Shown piece by piece: positions 22,608 through 32,000 of a stretch of DNA of 32,000 nucleotides. Source of the stretch: Wallemia ichthyophaga EXF-994. Its lineage: Eukaryota > Fungi > Basidiomycota. Below the pieces are notes generated by a model. The model saw nothing but the letters and a program-made list of their open reading frames with translations. It was not told where the DNA came from and made no database searches. The stretch is taken from assembly GCF_000400465.1 (NCBI RefSeq), contig NW_008806276.1, positions 360,001 through 392,000 on the forward strand, given 5' to 3'. The translations under genes and the position numbers were made by a program. How positions within the stretch are numbered: the stretch's first letter is position 1; each line of letters begins with the position of its first letter.

Positions 22608-22668
22608 TCCAGCGGTAGAAAGAGTCATCACAGAGCCATGCCATCGCCCAGGGGTATTAGATGAGACA

Positions 22669-23391
22669 TTAAGATCGAACGAGTGGCCGTGACTCGAGTT
22701 GAGTGAATGGTTTTGCGTGTGTCGAGTAAACGCTCTGCCTAATCGGCGTCGGTGGAGGAGAGGGATATGTGCCAGCAGGAGCACAGCCATGCTCCAGTTT
22801 TTGCCTCTTGAAAGAGACTGAAGCTGGCGTTGATGGCGGGGTGCGGTACAGAGTACTCTGGAACGATTCTAGATGGCTGCTGAGCGTCTCAATCTCGCCT
22901 TCACCCACTGTAACGTGATAGCCGAGGTGTGCAAATAGTTCTCTCTCCATCTGGTTGATCTCCTGGAGTGTAAACTGCCCTCTGGCCACGATATGCCACG
23001 AGCTATTGGCGAAGGTGTCGTCGTTGTTAACCTTGCTTGATATCATCAGCGCTGCGAGATACAGTCGCTGGCCAGCGCTCCCAGTGGCGTTGGGGAAGCG
23101 TCTCTTTAGCCTGTGCAACAGCACTAACGCAGATAAGCAGATATCGCCACTCAGCTGTGTCCGGTACATGGCGTACGCTATGAAATTGTCCAAGCTTGGT
23201 GCGTCCAGCGTAGTGGCGTGCAGTGGACAACTGAAGAGCGAGTAAAGGAATGCGGCAGACAAGCTTGCCAATGGATTCTGCTGTGGATTTGGTAGGCTGT
23301 TTAGCTGCGACTGCCTGAGATTGTAGCTGCGTGTGCGTGTGTACGTGTATGGTGTAGGTGGGGTCAGTGGTTGTGACATTGCCGTAACCAT
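22669..23391 (-). CDS. Pho85-type cyclin (PCL/Pho80 family); intronless
   Basis: FIAYAMYRTQL...SALVLLHRLKRRFP...RLYLAALMISSKVNNDDTFANSSW.IV...EINQMERE. The track start at 23421 is TTG; ATGs are at 23391 and 23379. Confidence 0.9.
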   Translation of the reverse strand: MVTAMSQPLTPPTPYTYTRTRSYNLRQSQLNSLPNPQQNPLASLSAAFLYSLFSCPLHATTLDAPSLDNFIAYAMYRTQLSGDICLSALVLLHRLKRRFPNATGSAGQRLYLAALMISSKVNNDDTFANSSWHIVARGQFTLQEINQMERELFAHLGYHVTVGEGEIETLSSHLESFQSTLYRTPPSTPASVSFKRQKLEHGCAPAGTYPSPPPTPIRQSVYSTHAKPFTQLESRPLVRS

Positions 23392-23642
23392 TTTTTGATC
23401 CAAGTCAACGCCTACTACCAAGATGTGATGCTGTCGCTAATTGCTTTGGGGTCTGAGGTACAACCGCGGCTCGATCAGTGCGTCTGAGATATAACTTTTA
23501 ACCGGTGTTTGACGGAACTAAACGGTGATTACTCAATTTATTCATGGAATAGCTCTTTTTATCCTCCCTCTGATCATTACCCTTGTAATTTAAATTGATA
23601 AAATTTTTGACAGCTCAGCGGGGCATTGCGAGTTTCTATTGC

Positions 23643-23665
23643 GGGGAGGGAAATGGGGAGATGGG
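23643..23665 (+). promoter_or_regulatory. Canonical G-quadruplex motif in the cyclin/VPS20 divergent spacer
   Basis: GGGG-A-GGG-AAAT-GGGG-AGAT-GGG: four G-tracts with loops of 1, 4 and 4 nt. Function is not shown by sequence. Confidence 0.45.
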
Positions 23666-23749
23666 AGGCGAGGACACGAGAAAATGTGATTACTCCAAAT
23701 ATACAATAAAATATCAATGTAAAAGAGTTATTTATATCTTTCATCTTCG

Positions 23750-24331
23750 ATGGGCAACACACATTCAACCGACAGTATACTGCTCGACAATAAAATACAA
23801 AGGGATAAGCTAAATCATTTTAAGAAATCACTGGATAATTTAGCACAAGTAAATCACTCGCTAGCCGCAGAAGCAGTCGCCCGTTCTGACGTCACAGCGG
23901 CTCGCAAGTTTTTACAAATTAAATATGACAACATAGCGAGTGTGAGGCAGGTACAGGCGCAGCTGGATAGTCTGAGTGGAATAATAAAGGGAATTGAAGG
24001 CAAGCGTGAGGAGATGTTGTTGCTCGAGCAGTTGGAGCAGGGTAACCAGCTCCTGAGCAGACTGAACAAGACAATTAGATTGGAACGCGTACAAGACATA
24101 CTCAATTCCAAGGAAACACAAGAATCTTATCAGCAGGAGATATCTAATTTAATTTATACACCAATTCCAGACCTTCAACTGGATAATGAATTGGATAGCC
24201 TTGTTGATGAGGAACCAACACGACAGCTAAAATTACCACGGGTGCCAGAAGGGGAGGTTGGAGTGGATACAAACGAGCATAATGAGCACAATGAGCACAT
24301 CAAATCACCAGAACAACCCTTACCCGCTTAA
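23750..24331 (+). CDS. VPS20: ESCRT-III Snf7-family subunit, Vps20/CHMP6-like; intronless
   Basis: N-myristoylation start MGNTHS, DSILLDNKIQRDKL, helical core, MIM2-like LKLPRVP, C-terminus EQPLPA*. The sequence is divergent. Confidence 0.75.
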   Translation: MGNTHSTDSILLDNKIQRDKLNHFKKSLDNLAQVNHSLAAEAVARSDVTAARKFLQIKYDNIASVRQVQAQLDSLSGIIKGIEGKREEMLLLEQLEQGNQLLSRLNKTIRLERVQDILNSKETQESYQQEISNLIYTPIPDLQLDNELDSLVDEEPTRQLKLPRVPEGEVGVDTNEHNEHNEHIKSPEQPLPA

Positions 24332-26296
24332 TGGACTGCCAATTGATATCAGTCTACGTATCTGGCTCATGTATAATCAATTGCCCACAGAGACTCAGCA
24401 AATCGATAAATTCATTTTAAATTTCAGTGAGGCTTACTATGAGCACAACAAGCTCATCCCCCAAGACACTGTGTATATTCTCAGTTTCAGTATTCTTCTC
24501 CTCAATACAGATAAATTTAATAAGTCAAACAAACATAAAATGTCTAAACGTGACTTTATTAGGAATACCAACTATATTGGCATCTCTGAGTACTTTCTTG
24601 AGTATTTATACGACAACACTTGCTTTACCCCTTTCATTAAACTCGTTGATGCCACAAGATTGCCTTCAAATCACCCTTACAGCTACATTCTAAGCAACTC
24701 CCTCGATAGGCTTAGGTTACCCACTTTAAGCAAGCCAAACGACGCAAAATTTTCACTCTCAGACGCTTACTCCCTTTCAAAACTCAACAGTCTCTTCATT
24801 AACGCTCCTATAATACGCCTTTCTACTAATGAATTCCTTCGCCTCACTCATTACAGCAAACTGAGCATAAAGTTACCTAAAAACACTCTTTGGCGGAGTT
24901 TCGTGGTTATTTTAACAGGTTCACAGTTGCTGCTATACAAAAACATGAGTGTGCTTGCTTCTATAAGAAGTGAAATTGTTAAATTCAATGGCCTTGTTAA
25001 GGAGCACTTGACCAGTTCAAATAACACCCACGCTTCACTCAACCTCCGCAACCTTGATACTCCTTCCCAATACTCTTTTAAACCTGACGATATCATTCCG
25101 CTCGATGACTCTGTAGCTCTTGTAGACCACAGCTACTCTAAACACCCCAATACCATCACTCTCCATTCCCGCAAGTGTAAATACCTCCTTCAGACGCACT
25201 CTATCGAGAGCATGCATTTGTGGATTAGTTTGATCAACTACTCGGCGGCTTTTAAGTGGGCTAATGTCCGCATTCGCGGTCATTCTCTGTCTGATAGCCA
25301 TCTTCATTATGCTGGATTAAAAGCGCGGTCGAGATTACATAGCAGTGCTAGTACATCAGAATTTGCGAGAGCATCTACAGCTACGTCTACATCCGCATCT
25401 ACACCCACATCCACACCTACACCCACTTCATCTCAATCTTCACCCCAATCGCCCACCTCACCGACACTGAACCGCGTTGGCGATTTTGACTCGGCAGTCG
25501 ACTCGATTAGTGCGCACATGCACGCGTCTTCGAATGCTCACTCTCGCTCGAGCAAGCTAAAAGTGGGTATTAACAAAGCTGGAGAAGGCGGGCTAACAAG
25601 ATGCTGCAGACCAAGTTGGCGCACCTGACGCGGTTACAGGAGGAGAACAGCGCGCATTTGAGTGATACGCTCAATAAACTAGAGCTTTGTGGTACGCTGA
25701 CGCCCTTCCGTCGCTCGACGCGTAGCCGGCTGAACGGGGAGCTGGTAGCGATGCTCACGGGGGCACTGGCAGAGCTGCGCGTCGCCGAGGCTAAGTATGC
25801 TTCTGTCGCAGCTACCCTCGCGGGAGATCTGGCTGTCGAAGAGAAAATAGAAGCGAGGTCGGTTAGCGTTGGTATGCGCGCTGCGGCTGTACACTCCCAG
25901 GCTAGTAGAGTGCGTAGAGCTCAGAGTATGTTTGTAGGCGAGGGTGTGGGTGATGTAGGCGGGGAAGTTGGGAATTTGGAAGGTGTGCAAGCTACAGATC
26001 ACACCACTGACCATTCACCTAATCACTCACCTGACGCCCTCCAACACACCGCCTCCATTCGCTCTAATCGCACTCAGAAATACTCCTCCGCTACGAGCCT
26101 CGCGCTACAGGAACAAGACAACGAAGAGTATCCATCGAATAGCACCAGTACCACGGCCACCTCTTCAAATAACCACTACGGCCATATTTCAGTCATCAAG
26201 ATGCCAGACGCGGTGCGCAAACACGCGCGTAACTGGAGCCAAGGAGGAAGCACGAGCAAAGAGATAGTATCGCCGACGACGCAAAAGACTGAGTAG
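24282..26296 (+). CDS. Sec7 + PH domain Arf guanine nucleotide exchange factor (Syt1/Yel1-like)
   Basis: LPIDISLR..LPTETQQIDK (Glu finger), YILSFSILLLNTDKFN, HKMSKRDFIRNT; PH segments WRSFVVILTGSQLLLYK and MHLWISLINY. Intron 25563-25609 joins to ORF 25601..26296. The start is uncertain and overlaps VPS20. Confidence 0.85.
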
Positions 26297-26381
26297 AATT
26301 TATAGGACGAGTAAATATTTATTTGTTGTGTCATCAGTTGTGTTATCAATGTCATCATCTTGAACCACCACCACCAACACC

Positions 26382-27848
26382 ATGAGAGATCACCGCGATG
26401 ACCCGCACTACACTCCCACACCGGGTAGCTCACAGCCTCCGACACAGGCACACTCGGATAGCCTTATTATCCCGCGTACCCCAGTCACCTCTCTCTCCTC
26501 GCAGATAGTCCTCAGTGAGGAAGCGTATACGGCTGCACTCAGTGCGATCATCAAACGCGATTTCTTCCCGCATTTGAAGGCTGCAGATGAATTGAGCGCG
26601 AGTGTGAACAATTGGCGTGGTGGTGGTACTCCCGCCACAACCACTGCTGCTACTCCCACTCCCGCCAATGCCCCCCACTCTTACTCCTTCGCCTCCCTCT
26701 CCTTATCTGAATTCCAGTCGCGGTTCACCTCGGAAGACAACGCCAGCTTCAGCTACCAGCTGCACAAGGCGAACAAGCGGCGGCGAGAGGTGTATCGCTG
26801 GGCATACGATGCAGAGCAACTAGCGAATGAGCGCATCCAGCTTGCCAATGCGGGTATGAACGAGCGCATTGAGGGTGTGCACAACCCCATGGACGACGGC
26901 GAACGGAAGCTTCTGGCAGCCACAGAAGGCAAACTTCATACCACCACTTCTCAAATCTCTCAACACGCCGGCGAGGGCAATTCACAAGCACTCGTGCGGC
27001 GCGAAAAGCAGTCGATGCGCGAGCTCGAGTTGGGTGTTGAAAAGCGATCCACGGAGCACGGTCTAATTCCAACTTGTACCTCACAGCAAGACAACAGAAG
27101 CGCAGCCGTTACCGCTTGGCCCCTCACCGCCGCTAATAATCTCATGTTCCAACCTGATGCGACAACACCTAATTTTGGCTATCGTGGCCACTTTGCCACT
27201 CGTCATCGAGAGGCGGAGAATCGCGCTAAGCGCGTTACTAACTATCCGGCAACTCATCTTTCCGGTGCTCATAGTGACGGTGTCGGTGATGGCGAAAGCA
27301 GTGCGACTGGTAGCGTAGACACCAATGCTATCAACGCTGCTGTTAATGCTGGTGCTGATAGTGGTGCAAGCACACCCACTCACACTCTCCCTTCCGTGCG
27401 CGGTTATACCTTTGTCGAAAGCTCATCACAACCAGAACCAGAACCTCAAAAGCGGACTCGCGGACGTGTTGATAAGGAGGAAGAGACAGTGTGGGACAGT
27501 CGTGCGTATCTACTACTCGCGCTCTTACTCACCAACTCACCACTCACTTATCCTCCAGCTGGCGACTTCAAGATACCGCGGCTGAGTAGACGTGACAGAC
27601 TGGGACAGCAGCTGGCGTCGCAGGCGCAAAACAAGGCAAAAGGTGGAACAAGTGGAGCAGGTGTCACTCCCAACACTCCCGCGAAAACACCCCGATCCGT
27701 TGCTCTCAGTCCGGCCGGTCACGCTCTCCTGCAGAAAACTAAAAGCAGGCGAGACAATGGCGCGACGGATGCTCCAATCAGATCTCGCATCAACCAGTCC
27801 CCGGACATTCGCAGGAAAGACAGACCTTGGACTCCTACACCTAAGTAG
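26382..27848 (+). CDS. ESS2: Splicing factor Ess2/DGCR14 (nuclear protein Es2, Bis1)
   Basis: VLSEEAYTAALSAIIKRDFFPHL, LSLSEFQSRFTSEDNASF, NNLMFQPD, VRGYTFV, FKIP..SRRD.LG..LA, LSPAGHALL. A probable 57-nt intron lies at 27502-27558. Confidence 0.9.
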   Translation: MRDHRDDPHYTPTPGSSQPPTQAHSDSLIIPRTPVTSLSSQIVLSEEAYTAALSAIIKRDFFPHLKAADELSASVNNWRGGGTPATTTAATPTPANAPHSYSFASLSLSEFQSRFTSEDNASFSYQLHKANKRRREVYRWAYDAEQLANERIQLANAGMNERIEGVHNPMDDGERKLLAATEGKLHTTTSQISQHAGEGNSQALVRREKQSMRELELGVEKRSTEHGLIPTCTSQQDNRSAAVTAWPLTAANNLMFQPDATTPNFGYRGHFATRHREAENRAKRVTNYPATHLSGAHSDGVGDGESSATGSVDTNAINAAVNAGADSGASTPTHTLPSVRGYTFVESSSQPEPEPQKRTRGRVDKEEETVWDSRAYLLLALLLTNSPLTYPPAGDFKIPRLSRRDRLGQQLASQAQNKAKGGTSGAGVTPNTPAKTPRSVALSPAGHALLQKTKSRRDNGATDAPIRSRINQSPDIRRKDRPWTPTPK

Positions 27849-27913
27849 CATTTTTTGTGTATGTTACTACATGCATCCATTTATTTATACAAAAAGCTAT
27901 CAAATCAACACAT

Positions 27914-29247
27914 TTACGTGCGACGTTGGTAAATTTGACCAAATTGACCAGCCGTGGAAGCAAGCGGGGATCTTTTCAGCTGCGCCAGGCTCCTTGCAGC
28001 TTCTAAGAGTTGTTCGATTGCCGTATCGGAAATTTGATGGTGTACTACGATCCTGTTAGATCCGATAACAATATCAGCATGGCTGTTGACGTGCTGAATA
28101 AACTCTTCGAGCGTCACTCCAATGGAGGTGCAGTCGAAAAAGACCATGGATGATTCCACCGGCGACAATATCCTAATACCGAGTTCTTCGAAACCCTTGG
28201 CTAGGGTCTGGGCTTGTGAGTGTGTCTTCTTAATGAGGGGGAGGTGTTTATCAATGGCAAAGTCGGCACATTCGACCATGAATCCTGACTGACGAATACC
28301 GCCTCCGAACAGCTTCTTGAACCATCTAGCTTTGGCAATGAATTTCTCGCTGCCGACGAGGATGGACCCGATGGGTGCGCCGACACCTTTACTCAAACAC
28401 AAACTGACGCTGTGGAAAGGATCGCAGAGCTGTTTGATGGATAGGCCAGTAGCCGCATGCACTGGGCGGGAGGTTAGACTGAGTGATTGTGCGTACATGC
28501 AAACGCAAACGTACCGTTCCAAAGACGCGCGCCATCGAGATGCATAATGAGACCTTGTCTAGTAGCCCAATCGCTTATGCGCACCATCTCCGACTGAGGG
28601 AAAACGAGGCCATTCTTTGTATTTTCAAGACTAACAACGCGCGTAGGAGCAGAGCAGAGATCCTCATCTAGCACAGCATGGCTCTGTACATCTTGCAGAG
28701 TGAGATGGTGTGTATTCACCGGCTCGACGGGAGTTATCTGGGCCTGGGAGTGGAATGCTACACCACCCGTCTCGTATTTGTAAATATGAGCGTGGGCATC
28801 GCACAAAACGCTGTGTGGCGGCTGCGTTAGGTGGGTGCGCAAACCGACCTGGTTGGACATTGTACCCGATACGCAGAACATAGCAGCTTGTTTTCCAGTC
28901 ATACGAGCTATTTTGTGTTCGAACTTCTGCGTGCTCTCGTCTTCCTGTGTTCGTGTTAGTTGTATAGTGCGTGCGTTTCGCAATGCACTCACGCCGTATA
29001 CATCGTCACCACGCGACGCATGTGCTAATGCATAGGCGAGCATCTCATCAGTCTTTGTGCGCTGTTAGCCTGCTTATCCTGCGTGTACTGCTGCTTATTC
29101 ACCGGAGCTGTTATCGTATCCGCTGTACTCCCGTTCAGCCTCGAAACAACCACAACCAAAATACTCACTCCTGAAATCACGCGATAAGGATTCTAGTTTA
29201 CGTGCGTGCGTTGAAAAGTTTCGTAGATTACCCAATCCAATTCTCAT
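27914..29247 (-). CDS. GLY1: Low-specificity L-threonine aldolase, about 5 exons
   Basis: Spliced RDFR|TDTITAP|TDEML...RGDDVYG|ED...SGTMSNQVGLRTHL..PPHSVLCD..AHIY.YETGG, LENTKNG, HLDGARLWN, SLCLSKGVGAPIGS (PLP Lys). First ATG at 29247. Confidence 0.95.
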
Positions 29248-29438
29248 GGTTGTTCTTGATGAAATCTTAGTCGATGCGCTGTGCCATATCCCGCTGAATA
29301 GCCGAGGGCACAGGGAGGACAACAGAGAATCAGATGACTACACAAAGCGAGTCCTGAGAGCGGTCAAGATGAAAATTTAATCAGTTTAGTTGCGCATCGA
29401 CTTCTGTGCACTGTCTTCTCTCTTCAAATATCTTCATC

Positions 29439-31054
29439 ATGTCAGGCATAGACAAGCGTATCCCAATTACTATTGTGTCTGGATTCACTGGCTACGGTAA
29501 ATCTGACGCTGTAAGTTAGGTGTTGACGGCGTGTGCACTGGCTGACTTTTCTCGCAGATTGCACACATCCTCAAATCAAAGGCAGCAGATTTGAGAACAG
29601 TGGTGCTTACGCAGAATGTAGACAGGATCAAGAACATGGTAGAATCTGCCGCGGATTGCGTACAACTCAAAGGCAATTGCGGCTGCTGCAGCTTCCGTTC
29701 AGAACTCACTAGCCAGATCTACGATATCGCCAACACTGGCAAATACGACTACATGCTCATTGAGTCCTCTGATGCTGCTGATCCTGAAGAATTGGCTGAG
29801 ACTGTCGCTGTCGAAATGGAGAACGACGACCAAGACGATGAGGCTGAGGAAGATGATGCAGAAGTTGACGAATGTGAGCGTGTTGCTGGCGAGAAAGTAA
29901 AACAAATCCTTAAGGAAGGTGGTCTGGTAAAATTTGTCAAGATGGACACTGCTGTGACAATCGTCGATGGTGAAAAATTGCTCAACGACTTCCACTCAAC
30001 TGAATTCGTTGGTGATGGCGAGAAAAACGATGAGGACGATGAAGAGGAGGAATCAACACTGACTGATGCCCTCATCGCACAAATTGAGTTCGCAGATATT
30101 GTCTACCTCAACAACGCATCAAAGATGTCAGAAGATGCTAAGATGCACGCTGAAGGCGTTGTTAAGTCGCTCAATCACCGCGCTACAGTTGTCCAAGTCG
30201 ACAACGCAGCCGTAGACGCAAAGGATGTTATCCACAGTGGTTTGTTCAACCCAGAACAATCATTCAACCCACAGTGGTTGCAATCAGTGAAAAATCCAAA
30301 CGGCGGTGACTCATACACTAACAAGAACGACATTGAGTCTTTCGTTTACAGACGCAAAGTGCCTTTCCACCCAGCTCGTCTCGCAAAGCTGTTCAAGGAG
30401 TCATTCCACTTTATTCAACAATCAGATGCCCAAGACGCTCAAGAAGATGAGTGGGAAGATCAAGAAGAAGAGGTCGTTGAGGATAAAGGCAAGGGTAAGG
30501 CTGCTGCTATTGAAGAAGACAAAGAGGAACCAGCACAAATGGATGAAATCACTACTGAGAATATAGTTGATGCCATCGACAGAAAGCAGAAGAGTGTATT
30601 CGCTTCTCTCCTCAGAGCTAAGGGTAGCTTCTGGATTGCTTCAAGAGCAGCAGTCGGTGGTGCAATTCAAGCATCAGGACCTGTGTTGAGTGCTGCTTCT
30701 GGCGAGATGTGGTACACCAAGATCCCAGAAGATGAAATTTCTCAAATCAGCCCAGATGAGCAGAAGTACATTAAGGATGTTGTGTTTGATGAGAAATTCG
30801 GTGACAGACGTCAAGAAATCTACATTGTCGGTGGACCAAACTTTAACAGAAACGAGGTTGAGCAAGCACTCGACAGTGCCTTGTTGACTGATGATGAGTT
30901 CAACACGTATAAATCCATCTACGATAAGCAGATGGGTGTGTTTGACAAAGATGAAGAGCTCTCCAAGGCGTTTGACGGTGACTCAGAGTTTGTTCAATGG
31001 GTCGACGATCTCATCATGGCACTCCTCGACCAAGAGGAGGAGGATGAGCAGTAA
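29439..31054 (+). CDS. COG0523/CobW family G3E metallochaperone-like protein (YciC/ZagA-like CobW_C), atypical motifs
   Basis: Exon 1 reads MSGIDKRIPITIVSGFTGYGKS; intron 29511-29557; CGCC metal motif; LIAQIEFAD; CobW_C SFVYRRKVPFHPARL, LLRAKGSFWIAS, FGDRRQEI. Confidence 0.88.
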
Positions 31055-31155
31055 TTTGCAAATATCTTATACCAAACGTATCAAAAGACACAGTAATTTA
31101 ACTTTTCAAATATAGATTCAAATTTACAATATACGTCATCAGTGTAATCTTTTGA

Positions 31156-31749
31156 TTACTTGGTTTGCTTCTCTAGTGCGCTTGTGCTCCTATCTGAGAA
31201 CTCTTTGTTCAATTTCAGAAACTGTTTGAAGCGTTCATCCGAGGCGTCAGCGAGTAGCTGGAAGAGGACAGTTTCTGAAGTTGATATTCTGCCGCCCGAC
31301 TGTCTGATTTGATCAAGTGCGGTGTCTTTATGAGTAGCGTGAGAGCTGGACACGCCATCAATGATCACGTGCACGTCAAAGCCCTTAGCTATAAGCTCGA
31401 GTGAAGTTTGGAGAATGCAGATATGAGTTTCTACACCGACCAAAACGACTGAACGGATTTTATTAGTCTTGAGGGCATACAAGACGTCATCATTTACCAT
31501 CGAGAATCTCGTCTTACTGATAGGATCTGTAGTGAGGAGATGACTGTTGCTGAAATCAATTTCACTAACTGTCTTCCCCAAAGATTGTGGATTCTGTTCA
31601 GAGATCAAGACTGGTACATTTAGAAGCTTTGAGAATTGGACCATTTTATTTGAAACATTAACAACATGATCAAAATCCTTAATCACTTTAGCGAATATTC
31701 CCTGTACATCACAAACGAATAGAGCAGTTTGATTTTGGTGTAAGGACAT
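31156..31749 (-). CDS. Isochorismatase-domain protein (ISOC1/ISOC2-like cysteine hydrolase fold)
   Basis: TALFVCDVQ, SEQNPQSLGKTV, KTRFSM, VVLVGVETHICILQT, VHVIIDGVSS, STSETVLFQL. Likely ATG at 31749 (MSLHQ). Confidence 0.9.
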   Translation of the reverse strand: MSLHQNQTALFVCDVQGIFAKVIKDFDHVVNVSNKMVQFSKLLNVPVLISEQNPQSLGKTVSEIDFSNSHLLTTDPISKTRFSMVNDDVLYALKTNKIRSVVLVGVETHICILQTSLELIAKGFDVHVIIDGVSSSHATHKDTALDQIRQSGGRISTSETVLFQLLADASDERFKQFLKLNKEFSDRSTSALEKQTK

Positions 31750-32000
31750 TAGTGGTCTTTGATAAGCTGTTGGTGGTTCAGGTTGGAGTGGATGATGTTG
31801 ATTGGATGGCTGATCAAGATGCCTTGAATCACCGATGATACAAAGTGTCATATGATAATAAATCCATCTTATATCTTTACAAAACACAAACCAAATCTAT
31901 CCCGTTCGATCTGCGTATCTGCATGATAGCAATGAGGCTGATGGCTGTGTAAGCGTCGTCTCTTTCAAATACTCACACCCACTCTTTGAGCATTTCCTCC
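31750..32000 (-). other. Probable 3' exon fragments of an upstream minus-strand gene running off the window
   Basis: Minus strand begins EEMLKEW followed by a GTGAGT donor and intron-like sequence ending in CAG. No family could be recognised. Confidence 0.3.

Noticed and set aside
24329-24333. TAATG overlap at the VPS20 stop as a reinitiation site for the Sec7 gene
   Set aside because: That ATG is out of frame with Sec7 and gives only a short peptide (MDCQLISV...).
2668-29192. Recurring GCGATAA(G) motif (about 2668, 4396, 13776, 14396, 29180)
   Set aside because: Several copies lie in coding sequence, and enrichment cannot be shown without genome statistics.
3159-29247. Three PLP enzymes (kynureninase, cysteine synthase-like, threonine aldolase) plus an isochorismatase as a possible metabolic cluster
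   Set aside because: They are spread over about 28 kb among unrelated housekeeping genes, with no backbone synthase or cluster transcription factor.
166-31115. Many short antisense or alternate-frame ORFs in the track (e.g. 1354-1782, 4516-4932, 6041-6442, 8620-9057, 12353-12862, 17629-18039, 27592-28059, 29749-30075)
   Set aside because: They overlap well-supported genes, are low-complexity mirrors of those genes, often start at TTG/GTG, and show no motifs.
1-32000. Transposable elements or viral remnants
   Set aside because: No transposase, RT or integrase motifs, LTRs or terminal inverted repeats; nearly all sequence is explained by host genes.

Overview
Gene-dense eukaryotic DNA from a compact basidiomycete-type fungal genome. 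Introns are short (about 41-64 nt) with GT-AG ends and CTAAC/CTGAC branch sites, and intergenic gaps are mostly 20-200 bp. The architecture resembles Wallemia, which is an inference and not a database match. About 22 protein-coding genes were rebuilt by manual splicing: SCC3/STAG (5' partial), ABHD12/BEM46-like hydrolase, kynureninase BNA5, PEX14, REC8-like kleisin, LYAR-type zinc finger, a divergent ML-domain gene next to canonical NPC2, a 4E-T-like Q-rich protein, a cysteine synthase-rhodanese fusion, a DHA2 MFS transporter, a SIM-RING ligase, a nucleotide-sugar transporter, a PPR protein, a PCL cyclin, VPS20, a Sec7-PH Arf-GEF, ESS2, GLY1, a COG0523/CobW protein and an isochorismatase-like protein. 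No rRNA, tRNA, transposon or CRISPR was seen. The most unusual points are: (1) a same-strand VPS20/Sec7-PH overlap that one splice could turn into an in-frame fusion; (2) a REC8 5' end built from a bare ATG exon, a GC-AG intron and an 8-nt microexon; (3) an unrecognised tandem ML-domain paralog sharing an intron position with NPC2; (4) a CobW protein with degenerate G3/G4 motifs; (5) a cysteine synthase-rhodanese fusion facing an MFS pump; (6) head-to-head genes with start codons only 22-47 bp apart. All family calls come from motif recognition, and splice models are manual.
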